Shown piece by piece: positions 18,846 through 26,178 of a stretch of 64,000 nt of DNA (within the stretch, counting starts at the first letter, position 1; each line of letters starts with the position of its first letter). The DNA is from Spirochaetales bacterium (GTDB lineage Bacteria > Spirochaetota > Spirochaetia > JABEVK01). The DNA lies in the NCBI GenBank assembly GCA_037142615.1, contig JBAXAI010000003.1, positions 32,001 to 96,000 on the forward strand, read 5' to 3'. The notes beneath the pieces are model-generated. The model had not been told where the DNA came from and searched no databases. It saw only the letters and a list, made by a program, of their open reading frames with translations. The position numbers and the translations under genes were made by a program.

Positions 18846-18866
18846 GAGGCCTGACCAGGGGTGGGG
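18846..18866 (+). repeat. Degenerate REP-like copy R7 abutting the RT stop codon
   Basis: GAGGCCTGACCAGGGGTGGGG immediately followed by TTA (RT stop on the minus strand). Confidence 0.45.
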
Positions 18867-20051
18867 TTACACTTTCCTAACTTTGGTAGCGTCCGGAACC
18901 AAAACGAACCGGCGCTTCCAGTGTGGCGATATTCGACTGGCCACTTCCTCGGTTCGAAACCGCCAACTCCGCGAATGGCGCAGAATACCCAAATAAGAGT
19001 TCATGCTCGCGAGGAAGGCCGCTTTCTGCTCGCGTTTGGGTGGCCTACGGGCGACAACGAGATTATGCCGGTCGATGGCCTGCCGGAAGTTGCTACGAAG
19101 CCGTCGGCTCGGGTACAGCCGGTCGGGACGCACGAAAGCCCCGAGAAACGCCACACCGACACTGGCCCGAGCCAGGCGAATCTTTCGAGGGTGCAAAGTG
19201 AGGGCGAGTCGGTCGTGAAGGAAGTTGCGGATAGCCGCAGTGGCGGTGACGAGCACCTCATGGTCGCGGTGCACCAGGAACAGGTCGTCCACGTAGCGGC
19301 CATAGCTGGCGATGCCTAGGGTGTGCTTCACGTAGTGATCCAGTCCGCTCAGGTAAAAGTTCGCCAGCACCTGCGAGGTCAGGTTGCCAATCGGCAAGCC
19401 GCAGCCCGAAGGAACTTTGAAGAGGCTCTTGTCGGCCGGAAGGTTGTCCCAGCTCGAAAGCGGGCTTTGTCGGCGGCAATCGCGGGTCGGGTCGGCCAGA
19501 ATCAGGTTTCGGAGCAACTGGAGAATCAGTTTCAAGTCGTCGCCGCGGTAAGTCCGGTTGAGGAAATCTTCCAGCAAGTTCAGCAGTTTGGTTCGCTGAA
19601 TGTTCATGAAGAACCCCTGGATGTCGAGACGTAGCACCCAGGGGTCGCAAGGTGGGTTTGACGATTCGCGGCGCAAGAAGCGCTGAAGCCGCGCTATGCC
19701 CAAGTGAGTTCCTTTGCCGACGCGGCACGAATAGCTGTCGTAAATGAACTCGCGCTCAAAAAGCGGATTGAGCCGACGGATCAGCACATGGTGCACCACG
19801 CGGTCTCGGAAGCCGGCGGCAAACACCTCGCGCTTGACGGGGGTTTCCACAATGAAAACGTTCGTGGGTGCAGGAACCCAGCTACCTGCGTTGAGCTCGG
19901 CACAAAGCTCAATCAACGAGTGTTCCAGATCGAGCTCAAAGGCGACGGCGCTGGGTTTATTGCGCTTGTGGCGACGGCACTCATGGTAGGCCTCAAAGAC
20001 TTCGGCCAACGAAAACGCAGGTGGAGAAAGAGGTTGCGGTGTGGCAGTCAC
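18867..20051 (-). CDS. DGR reverse transcriptase
   Basis: KREVFAAGFRDRVVHH, SYSCRVGKGTH, LDIQGFF, GLPIGNLTSQ..ANFYL (DGR-type SQ), YGRYVDD, FLGAF; start taken at GTG 20051 because the ORF-track start at 20081 lies inside TR. Confidence 0.95.
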   Translation of the reverse strand: MTATPQPLSPPAFSLAEVFEAYHECRRHKRNKPSAVAFELDLEHSLIELCAELNAGSWVPAPTNVFIVETPVKREVFAAGFRDRVVHHVLIRRLNPLFEREFIYDSYSCRVGKGTHLGIARLQRFLRRESSNPPCDPWVLRLDIQGFFMNIQRTKLLNLLEDFLNRTYRGDDLKLILQLLRNLILADPTRDCRRQSPLSSWDNLPADKSLFKVPSGCGLPIGNLTSQVLANFYLSGLDHYVKHTLGIASYGRYVDDLFLVHRDHEVLVTATAAIRNFLHDRLALTLHPRKIRLARASVGVAFLGAFVRPDRLYPSRRLRSNFRQAIDRHNLVVARRPPKREQKAAFLASMNSYLGILRHSRSWRFRTEEVASRISPHWKRRFVLVPDATKVRKV

Positions 20052-20072
20052 ACCGCAACCGGCCTGTTCAAG

Positions 20073-20183
20073 AGCCCGCACCGCCCGGACATAGTTTTTG
20101 TTGTTCTTGTTGTTGTTGTTCTGATTGCCATTGTCGAAGTTCTGTTTCCAGGCGTTGTTGTTGTTGTTCTGCGAAGAAGACCA
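20073..20183 (-). repeat. DGR template repeat (TR)
   Basis: 111 bp reading WSSSQNNNNNAWKQNFDNGNQNNNNKNNKNYVRAVRA; 43 adenines, 13 AAC codons; aligns without gaps to 20762-20872. Confidence 0.96.
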
Positions 20184-20348
20184 TGAGTGCGGGAGTCAGT
20201 ATGCCCGGCAGGCGTCTGCCGTCCATGTCGTGTTCCTGCCATCACCCGTGCCACTGGGGGCACCATGGGGATCTGCTGGCAGGCCCCGCACCGCTTTTGA
20301 ACGAAGCCTGGCTCGCCCGGCAACACCGTGACACTGCCGGTTCGGGCC

Positions 20349-20690
20349 TTACCGGTGGGCATTGCGCCATCCGGTGACCTGTTTGCTGATGCCTTCCATC
20401 AACTCGGCCAGCTCGGCCTGGTTGCGGATGGGCAGCAGTTTGAGGTCGGTGCACAGACGGATTTCGAGCTTGAGGACCTCGAAGTCGTCGAGGAAGGTTT
20501 CGAGGGGCACCTCCTTGTGTTGGGTCTTGTGCGCGCGGTAAATGCTGCGCACCAGCGACAAACAATCGCGCTTCATATCTTGGCCCAGGGTGAACTTGTA
20601 CTCGCGGGCAAAGTGCTGGGTGAGCTCGAACACCCGCAGGGTGAGTTTGTACACATCTTTGAACACCGGCAAGTCGTAATAGAGCGCCAG
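20349..20690 (-). CDS. avd: DGR accessory variability determinant (four-helix-bundle protein)
   Basis: ALYYDLPVFKDVY.L...F...F.REYKFTLGQ...I..A......L...E.LKL.IRL..DL.L......ISKQVTGW; lies between VR and TR; AGGAG RBS 6 nt before CTG 20690 (alternative ATG at 20732). Confidence 0.9.
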   Translation of the reverse strand: MALYYDLPVFKDVYKLTLRVFELTQHFAREYKFTLGQDMKRDCLSLVRSIYRAHKTQHKEVPLETFLDDFEVLKLEIRLCTDLKLLPIRNQAELAELMEGISKQVTGWRNAHR

Positions 20691-20700
20691 AGTGAACTCC

Positions 20701-20724
20701 TGAGGGGGGCGACCACCCCCCTCA
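20701..20724 (-). promoter_or_regulatory. GC-rich hairpin/cruciform downstream of VR (DGR homing element)
   Basis: TGAGGGGGG-6 nt-CCCCCCTCA, perfect 9-bp stem, 31 nt after the target stop. Confidence 0.8.
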
Positions 20725-20755
20725 ACCCCCATTCCAAAAAGTCAAAGGACAAAAG

Positions 20756-23266
20756 TCAAAAAGCCCGCACCGCCCGGACACAGCTTTCGTTGCCCTCGGC
20801 GTTGACGTTCTGATAGCCAATGGCGAAGAGCTGTAGCCAGGCGTAGTAGTTGTCGCGCTGCGAAGAAGACCAGTACCACTGCTTGGCGAAGCCTCCCTGC
20901 CCGTTCTTCGCGAGCACGGTGTAGAGCAGGTTCAGCTCGTCTTTGCTGGGCAAGAACCAGTCGTTGAAGCCGCCGGTGCTCAGGTCGTAGCACAGTTGGG
21001 CGGCGTAGCTACCGCTGCCTTGGGCCGCGATAATGGCCTCGGTGTTGGCTTTGCCGCTGCCGATCTTGGTGTCGGTTTTCACGTCGATGTGGCTGCCGTT
21101 GTACCACTGGATGCCGGCGCTGGCGTCGCTGGGGGCGGCCTCGAGGTAGCGCCATCCACCCGAGTTGTTGCCCTTGTCGTAAAACACAATGCCACCAGCG
21201 GGGCCCAGGTCACCCAGCTTAATCCCGGGTTTGTCGGCCACCACGTTGGTTGTTTGCCCGGCGGCGAGCGTGGCACTGCCCTTGTAGGGGATGCCGTAGT
21301 TGTCGGTCCATCTGACCTCAAGTTTCACGCTCCCCTCGGCCAGCTTCACCGTCAGCGGCGTGCTTCCCATCACCTGCCCGTCCACGTACACCTGCGCCAC
21401 GCCGTCGCCCTTTTTGGTGTTCACGACAAGCGTTCCCACGGCCAAGATGGGCTTGGCCCACTGGCCCAGCGCAAAGTACGCGGCCCGTTTGACGGCGGTG
21501 TTTTGCACCACCACCGCGTTGCTGGTCAGGTTGCGTACCCGCACTCCGCGCACCTCGACGGCGTAGCGCTTCTGGTCGGCTTGGCGCACCAGGCCCCAGT
21601 CCACTTCGGCGGTGAGCGCGTTGGCTTTCACGGCGGCGTCGAGGGCGCGGATGGCGGTCGCGGGGTCGTTGGCCAGGCCCAGTTCGGCCACCAACGGTAC
21701 GGGCGTGAGAGGTACGGTGGCGTCGGCACTGCCCACGGTGAACGGCCAGGTTTTGGCGTTGCGGTCGTAGGTGCCCACCGTGAGCGTGGCGGCGCTGCCG
21801 GTCAGCGTCCAGGTTTTCGTCTGCAAGGTGCGCAAGGTGCTATCGAACTGCGCCCGGATGCTCGCGGTCTGCGCCACGCGCTGCGCCTCGGCGCTGGCTT
21901 TGAGCTGGCTCAGGTCGGCCTGTCGTTTGCCTTCGAGCGTGGCGCGTTCCTGATTTTGACGGGTAGCAAACTCGGCGTCGCTTTCCACGATGTCGGCCTC
22001 TTCTTTGTCGATGGCCTTGACTTGTACATCCCACGTCGCGTTGGTGCTGGCCACGCTCTTGGCCAGCGCGGCGGCGTACTGGCCGTCGACCTCCTTGAGC
22101 ACGGCGTCGAGGCGTTCCACGGTGTCGATGAGCACGTCGGGGTTGTCGCTGGCGGCGGCGGTAGCCAGCTTGTCGAGCTCGGCGCGGCGGGTGGCAGCGA
22201 GGTTTCCCAGTTCGTTCTGCTTGGCGGCGGCTTCGTTGGCCGCTGTTTGCCGTTGCAGGCTCACCTGCTGGGCCTGCGCCGCCAATTGCGCCTGACGGGA
22301 GGCCTCGGCGGCCAGGTTGTCGGCTTCGAGTCTTTTGGCCGCCTGCAGGGCCTGTTGGCGTTGCTGTTCCACCTCGAGCTTCTGTTTGGCGCTGGCGTCT
22401 TTGGTGGTGTTGATCTTGGCTTGCAGTGCCGCCACCTGGGCATCGAGCGCGGCCAGTTCGGCGGTGCTCTTGGCGCTGGCCGACTGCGCCTTGGCGGCGG
22501 CCAAAGCGGGGTCATTGAAGTAAAAGGCCTTCGAGAGCCCGTCGTCCACACGGGGTTGCTGTTTGCCGCTGGTAGCCGCTTTCACATCGGCCTTCACCTG
22601 CGTCATCACCTCGGCCACCGTTTTGCCCGGCGCGGCGAGGTTTTTGAGCACCGCAGCCGTGAACACGCCGTTGCGGCCCGCACCGTCTTGCGCCACGTCG
22701 CCGGGCTGCGTGGCGTAGGCAATCAGCGTTTCGACGTCGCGCGGGGCGGCGATCGCGGCGAGGCCCCGGGTGCCCGACCGGCTGGAACCTGGGAACGGGT
22801 TGTCACGGCAGGCGTCAAGGAAGATGAGCGCCGTGGCCACCCCTGCGTCTTTGATGCGACCCAACACGTCGGCCAATGGCACGCCCCGGCTCTTGGCCTT
22901 GGCGAGGCTGGTGATATCTTCTTTGACTGGAATCAGATAGTTCTCGCCATCGGCTTGCACACCGTGGCCTGCGTAGTAGAACAAAGCGGTGTCTTTGCCC
23001 TTGAGGGCCTTCTGAAAGTCGGCCAAGGCCGCGTCCATGCCTGCGTAGTCGGCGTCGGTGCGCAACAACACGTCGAAGCCTTGCTCGCGGAGCGCGGCCG
23101 CGATGTCGGTGGCGTCGTTCACAGGGTTGGTGAGCGCGTTGCTGGCGTAGGCGCTGTTGCCAATCACCAAGGCAGCGCGGGTGTTTTGAGCGGCCACAGG
23201 AACGGCCACCACGGCGAAGATCAGGGCGAGCGCAAACAACGCAATCGGGCGGCTGAGAGTGTTCAT
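20756..23266 (-). CDS. DGR target: secreted caspase-family (Peptidase C14) protein with coiled coil, PEGA and C-terminal C-type-lectin-like (DUF1566/Lcl-like) variable domain
   Basis: Signal peptide ending VAAQ; ALVIGNSAY, FYYAGHG, IFLDACR, AYAT.PG..A.DG; VYVDG..MG.TP (PEGA); GPAGGIVFYDKG...WFLPSKDEL...YWSSS...VRAVRAF. Confidence 0.92.
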   Translation of the reverse strand: MNTLSRPIALFALALIFAVVAVPVAAQNTRAALVIGNSAYASNALTNPVNDATDIAAALREQGFDVLLRTDADYAGMDAALADFQKALKGKDTALFYYAGHGVQADGENYLIPVKEDITSLAKAKSRGVPLADVLGRIKDAGVATALIFLDACRDNPFPGSSRSGTRGLAAIAAPRDVETLIAYATQPGDVAQDGAGRNGVFTAAVLKNLAAPGKTVAEVMTQVKADVKAATSGKQQPRVDDGLSKAFYFNDPALAAAKAQSASAKSTAELAALDAQVAALQAKINTTKDASAKQKLEVEQQRQQALQAAKRLEADNLAAEASRQAQLAAQAQQVSLQRQTAANEAAAKQNELGNLAATRRAELDKLATAAASDNPDVLIDTVERLDAVLKEVDGQYAAALAKSVASTNATWDVQVKAIDKEEADIVESDAEFATRQNQERATLEGKRQADLSQLKASAEAQRVAQTASIRAQFDSTLRTLQTKTWTLTGSAATLTVGTYDRNAKTWPFTVGSADATVPLTPVPLVAELGLANDPATAIRALDAAVKANALTAEVDWGLVRQADQKRYAVEVRGVRVRNLTSNAVVVQNTAVKRAAYFALGQWAKPILAVGTLVVNTKKGDGVAQVYVDGQVMGSTPLTVKLAEGSVKLEVRWTDNYGIPYKGSATLAAGQTTNVVADKPGIKLGDLGPAGGIVFYDKGNNSGGWRYLEAAPSDASAGIQWYNGSHIDVKTDTKIGSGKANTEAIIAAQGSGSYAAQLCYDLSTGGFNDWFLPSKDELNLLYTVLAKNGQGGFAKQWYWSSSQRDNYYAWLQLFAIGYQNVNAEGNESCVRAVRAF
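20762..20872 (-). repeat. DGR variable repeat (VR)
   Basis: Encodes WSSSQRDNYYAWLQLFAIGYQNVNAEGNESCVRAVRA; 22 mismatches to TR, each opposite a TR adenine. Confidence 0.96.
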
Positions 23267-23272
23267 GCACAA

Positions 23273-23301
23273 AACCTAGGCGATGGAGCGCTCTGCGTCA
23301 A
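23273..23301 (-). promoter_or_regulatory. Putative sigma70 promoter of the DGR target gene (leaderless)
   Basis: TTGACG-17 nt-TAGGTT-6 nt-ATG(23266); no SD. Confidence 0.55.
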
Positions 23302-23411
23302 CGGGCCATTGCAAATGGAGGCGTTGCTTCGCACACCAACACTTCGAAGATTTGTTCCGAAACACACAAGCAAAACGGACGAAGTCCCCGTTACCACCAT
23401 GGGAGGGCAGC

Positions 23412-23714
23412 GTGGCGCTGGACTTCGACTGGGACATAGACAAAGACCTGGCAAATCGGAAGAAGCACGGTCTAGCCTTCGCCGAAGCGGCAGAAGTGTT
23501 TTCGGACGTTGATTTGATGACAAAATTTGACTGGGATCATTCCGATGGGGAAGAACGTTTCATCTCGCTTGGTCAATTGCCAAGTGGAATCACGCTCGTT
23601 GTCTGCCACACGATTCGCAACCGCGCTGGGGTCGAGGTGACCAGAATCATCAGTGCGCGAAAGGCTGACAAGGGTGAGCAAGCAGCTTACTATGAAGGGA
23701 AGGACGCCGAATGA
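23412..23714 (+). CDS. BrnT-family toxin (second copy)
   Basis: FDWD..K..AN.KKHGL.F.EA.EVF.D...D.DHS.GEERF.SLG...RIISARKA; GGAGG RBS before GTG 23412. Confidence 0.88.
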   Translation: MALDFDWDIDKDLANRKKHGLAFAEAAEVFSDVDLMTKFDWDHSDGEERFISLGQLPSGITLVVCHTIRNRAGVEVTRIISARKADKGEQAAYYEGKDAE

Positions 23715-23929
23715 GAGAACACTATGACTTTCGAGGTGCAGAGCGTGGCAAGTTCACAGTGCCCCGCGACCAACTCAGGATTCCCGTGTATCTTGACCCC
23801 GAAGTTAGCCAAGGTCTGAGGGAGTTGCTCCCTACGTTCGAAATGGGACTGGAAGAAACCGTGAACGAACTCCTGCGTCGAGAGCTTGAGAGCCTGCGCC
23901 AGAAAACCCCCAAGTCGACTGGTACCTGA
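23711..23929 (+). CDS. BrnA-like antitoxin
   Basis: MREHYDF.GA.RGKF...IPVYLDPEV...VNELLR; ATGA overlap with the toxin. Confidence 0.75.
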   Translation: MREHYDFRGAERGKFTVPRDQLRIPVYLDPEVSQGLRELLPTFEMGLEETVNELLRRELESLRQKTPKSTGT

Positions 23930-24009
23930 CCGCGCCCAAGCTGTTGAACTTGGGCCAATCCCGCAAGCAAAACCTCGTCAACCTCCGTTAGCTCAGGTAC
24001 AATGGAGGC

Positions 24010-24615
24010 ATGAGGAACATGGGAATCCCCGTACGAAAGTTTGACCAGCACTACACCTACCGCGACTACCGCCAATGGACCGGCGAGCGATGGGAACTCA
24101 TCCACGGCGTGGCCTACAACATGAGCCCGGCACCAAGGATTCCGCATCAAGGGGTGTCGGGCGAGATCTTTGGGCAGCTGCGGGATTTTCTCAAAGGGCA
24201 ACACTGCACGCCTTTCCACGCGTCCGTCGATGTGTTTTTCCCTCCGCTGCGCGAAATGGAGGAGGACGACGTGGACACCGTGGTGCAACCCGACGTCCTG
24301 GTGGTCTGCGACAAAACCAAGATCCGCAACAACGGCATTTGGGGTGCGCCGGACCTCGTGGTCGAGATTCTGAGCAAGTCGACCAGCCGCAAAGACCAGC
24401 ACGAAAAGTTCGACCTGTACGAGCGCGGTGGCGTGCGCGAGTACTGGATCGTCGACCCGAACGGCCAGTGGATCCAGCAGTACGTCCGCGAGGGGAACGG
24501 CAAGTTCGGTGTCGAGGTGACCTTCGAAAAGACCGGTCGCGTGGCCAGCGCCGTACTACCCGGCTTCGAACTAGACGTCGACGAAGTCTTCGCCGCGGGG
24601 CAACTTCCCGCATGA
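24010..24615 (+). CDS. Uma2-family endonuclease
   Basis: YTY.DY..W...RWELI.G..YNMSPAP...HQ, VVQPDVLVVCD, GAPDLVVEILS.ST...D...K..LYE..GVREYWIVDP. Confidence 0.92.
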   Translation: MRNMGIPVRKFDQHYTYRDYRQWTGERWELIHGVAYNMSPAPRIPHQGVSGEIFGQLRDFLKGQHCTPFHASVDVFFPPLREMEEDDVDTVVQPDVLVVCDKTKIRNNGIWGAPDLVVEILSKSTSRKDQHEKFDLYERGGVREYWIVDPNGQWIQQYVREGNGKFGVEVTFEKTGRVASAVLPGFELDVDEVFAAGQLPA

Positions 24616-24618
24616 GCG

Positions 24619-24676
24619 GCCCGGCCACGCGCCTGCGGCGCTTAGGCCCGGGCACGCGCCTTCGGCGCTTAGCCCC
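24619..24676 (+). repeat. Tandem hairpin repeat, two copies of CCCGG(C/G)CACGCGCCT(G/T)CGGCGCTTAG
   Basis: Direct repeat right after the Uma2 stop; each unit folds GCGCC-TNCG-GCGC. Confidence 0.6.
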
Positions 24677-24850
24677 ACACTTTCCGGGCAAGCCCGAAAA
24701 GTGTCCCCACGCGTAAGGTGCCTGGAGGGCGAGGCGCTCGCCAGAGGCGAACGTCCGGTTCCTGGGGGACGCCGCCCTGCGGCTTACCCCAGAACGGAAC
24801 CCCGGAAGGGACCGGCCCCGGCGACGTCGGCCTGCGGCCGCCTTACGCCC

Positions 24851-24995
24851 ACAGGTCTCGGCCGCTGGCCGAGACCTGTCATATGCCAACAATGCGGCCC
24901 GGCGACAACAGGAACGCGGGTCTGGCCTTGGGGTGGCAGGTAGACCGGCTGCGCTGAGCATTCTCTTCGCATGCTCAGCGCGGTCGGACTACCTG
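24851..24995 (+). other. Highly structured intergenic segment (possible ncRNA or mobile-element end)
   Basis: Perfect 13-bp stem 24851-24879; long stem 24937-24995 with G-U pairs on the + strand. Confidence 0.4.
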
Positions 24996-25099
24996 ACAGG
25001 ACCCCTGACCCCGATGATGCGTTCCTGGTGTCGCCGCGACCAACCTTGACCGGGGACACGCCCTTCGGTACAATGGGCTTCCGCATCCAAGGAGTCGCC

Positions 25100-25264
25100 A
25101 TGTCGAAAGCCCACCGGGGAAAACCCCTTCGTGAAACCCCCAACAGCAGCCGGGGTACTTGCCCCAGTTGCAGCCGCACCGCCATCAAGGTCGTGTACGA
25201 GCTTGAAGTCGCAGGTGCCAAGACCAAGGTCTGCAAGCAGTGCAAGGCCAAGGCGAAGGCCTAA
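25100..25264 (+). CDS. Small basic zinc-ribbon protein (54 aa)
   Basis: AAGGAG RBS; upstream TTGACC-17-TACAAT promoter; CPSC...CKQC; K/R-rich. Confidence 0.75.
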   Translation: MSKAHRGKPLRETPNSSRGTCPSCSRTAIKVVYELEVAGAKTKVCKQCKAKAKA

Positions 25265-26178
25265 ACCCAGCGCATCGTCTCGTCCGCGAGCTGTCCCGGA
25301 TCCTTCTGGGCAAGGACGAGCTTCTGCGGCGCGTGGCCCTGGCCGTTTTGGTCGGCGGCCATGTGCTCATCGAGGACGTTCCCGGGGTGGGCAAAACCAC
25401 ACTGGCGAAAGGCCTCGCTGCGGTGTTGGGCGCCAAGTTCCGCCGCATTCAATTTACCCCCGACCTGCTTCCGTACGACATCACGGGGTTTGATGTGTTC
25501 CACCCCGAAACCCGGCAGTTTGAGTTCCACCCAGGGCCGATCTTCGCGCAGGTGGTGCTGGCCGACGAAATCAACCGCGCCACGCCCAAGGTTCAGGCGG
25601 CCCTGCTCGAGGTGATGGAAGAACACCAGGTGACCAGCGGTTCGGTGACCCGGCCGATGGAACCGTTCTTTTTGGTGCTGGCCACGCAGAACCCGTTTGG
25701 CACCGAGGGCACCTACCCTCTGCCGTCGGCCCAGCTCGACCGCTTCTTTTTGCGCCTGTCGGTGGGCTACCCCGATTCGGCGTCCGAACGGGCGGTGTGG
25801 TTGCAAGACCCGGGCCACCACCTTTCGACGCTGGTTCAACCGTCGGTCAGTGTGGACGAATTGCTGGAACTGCGGCAGGGCTTGGATACGGTGCACGTGT
25901 CTGAAAAACTGCTGAACCTGATCGAAGCGGTGATTGGCCGGACCCGCAACCATCCGTCGGTGCTGCTGGGCCTGAGCCCCCGCGCCGGTGTGCACCTGGT
26001 GAAGGCCGTGCGCGCCTGGGCCTGGCTAGCGGGACGCGACTTTGCCACCGCGCGCGATGTCGCCGAGATCGCCGTAGACGTGCTGGCGCATCGGTTGCAG
26101 CTTCGCGACTTGGGCCTGAGCGCTCAAGCCGTGCTGCAAACCGTGCTCGACGAGGAGTTGGCACGCCATGAAGCGTGA
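25240..26178 (+). CDS. moxR: MoxR-family AAA+ ATPase
   Basis: GHVLIEDVPGVGKT, RIQFTPDLLP.D, LADEINRATPK.Q.ALLE.M.E, ATQNP...EGTYPLP.AQLDRF; start uncertain. Confidence 0.92.
   Translation: MQGQGEGLNPAHRLVRELSRILLGKDELLRRVALAVLVGGHVLIEDVPGVGKTTLAKGLAAVLGAKFRRIQFTPDLLPYDITGFDVFHPETRQFEFHPGPIFAQVVLADEINRATPKVQAALLEVMEEHQVTSGSVTRPMEPFFLVLATQNPFGTEGTYPLPSAQLDRFFLRLSVGYPDSASERAVWLQDPGHHLSTLVQPSVSVDELLELRQGLDTVHVSEKLLNLIEAVIGRTRNHPSVLLGLSPRAGVHLVKAVRAWAWLAGRDFATARDVAEIAVDVLAHRLQLRDLGLSAQAVLQTVLDEELARHEA

Larger units (their letters stand above)
18867..23266 (-). mobile_element. Complete diversity-generating retroelement: target(VR)-hairpin-avd-TR-RT
   Basis: All components co-oriented; TR/VR pair differs only at adenines. 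Confidence 0.95.

Noticed and set aside
16225-18866. Classical integron attC array
   Set aside because: The repeats lack RYYYAAC...GTTRRRY ends and no IntI-type recombinase is in the window.
18867-20081. Group II intron or retron reverse transcriptase
   Set aside because: No maturase/endonuclease extension or intron domain V seen. The GNLTSQ motif, avd and the adenine-specific TR/VR pair identify a DGR.
20091-20170. (GTT)n microsatellite and the small ORFs 20048-20362 and 20021-20377
   Set aside because: These are the AAC codons of the template repeat; the overlapping ORFs are incidental.
20996-23512. Long antisense ORFs (also 3170-5236, 8687-10564, 44268-45635, 58633-60069)
   Set aside because: Shadow frames of real genes caused by high GC3; no recognisable motifs.
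24790-24820. SRP (4.5S) RNA
   Set aside because: CCGGAAGG is present but the flanking CAGG and AGCAG helix-8 motif is not.
15700-25000. Prophage carrying the DGR
   Set aside because: No integrase, terminase, capsid, tail or lysis genes.
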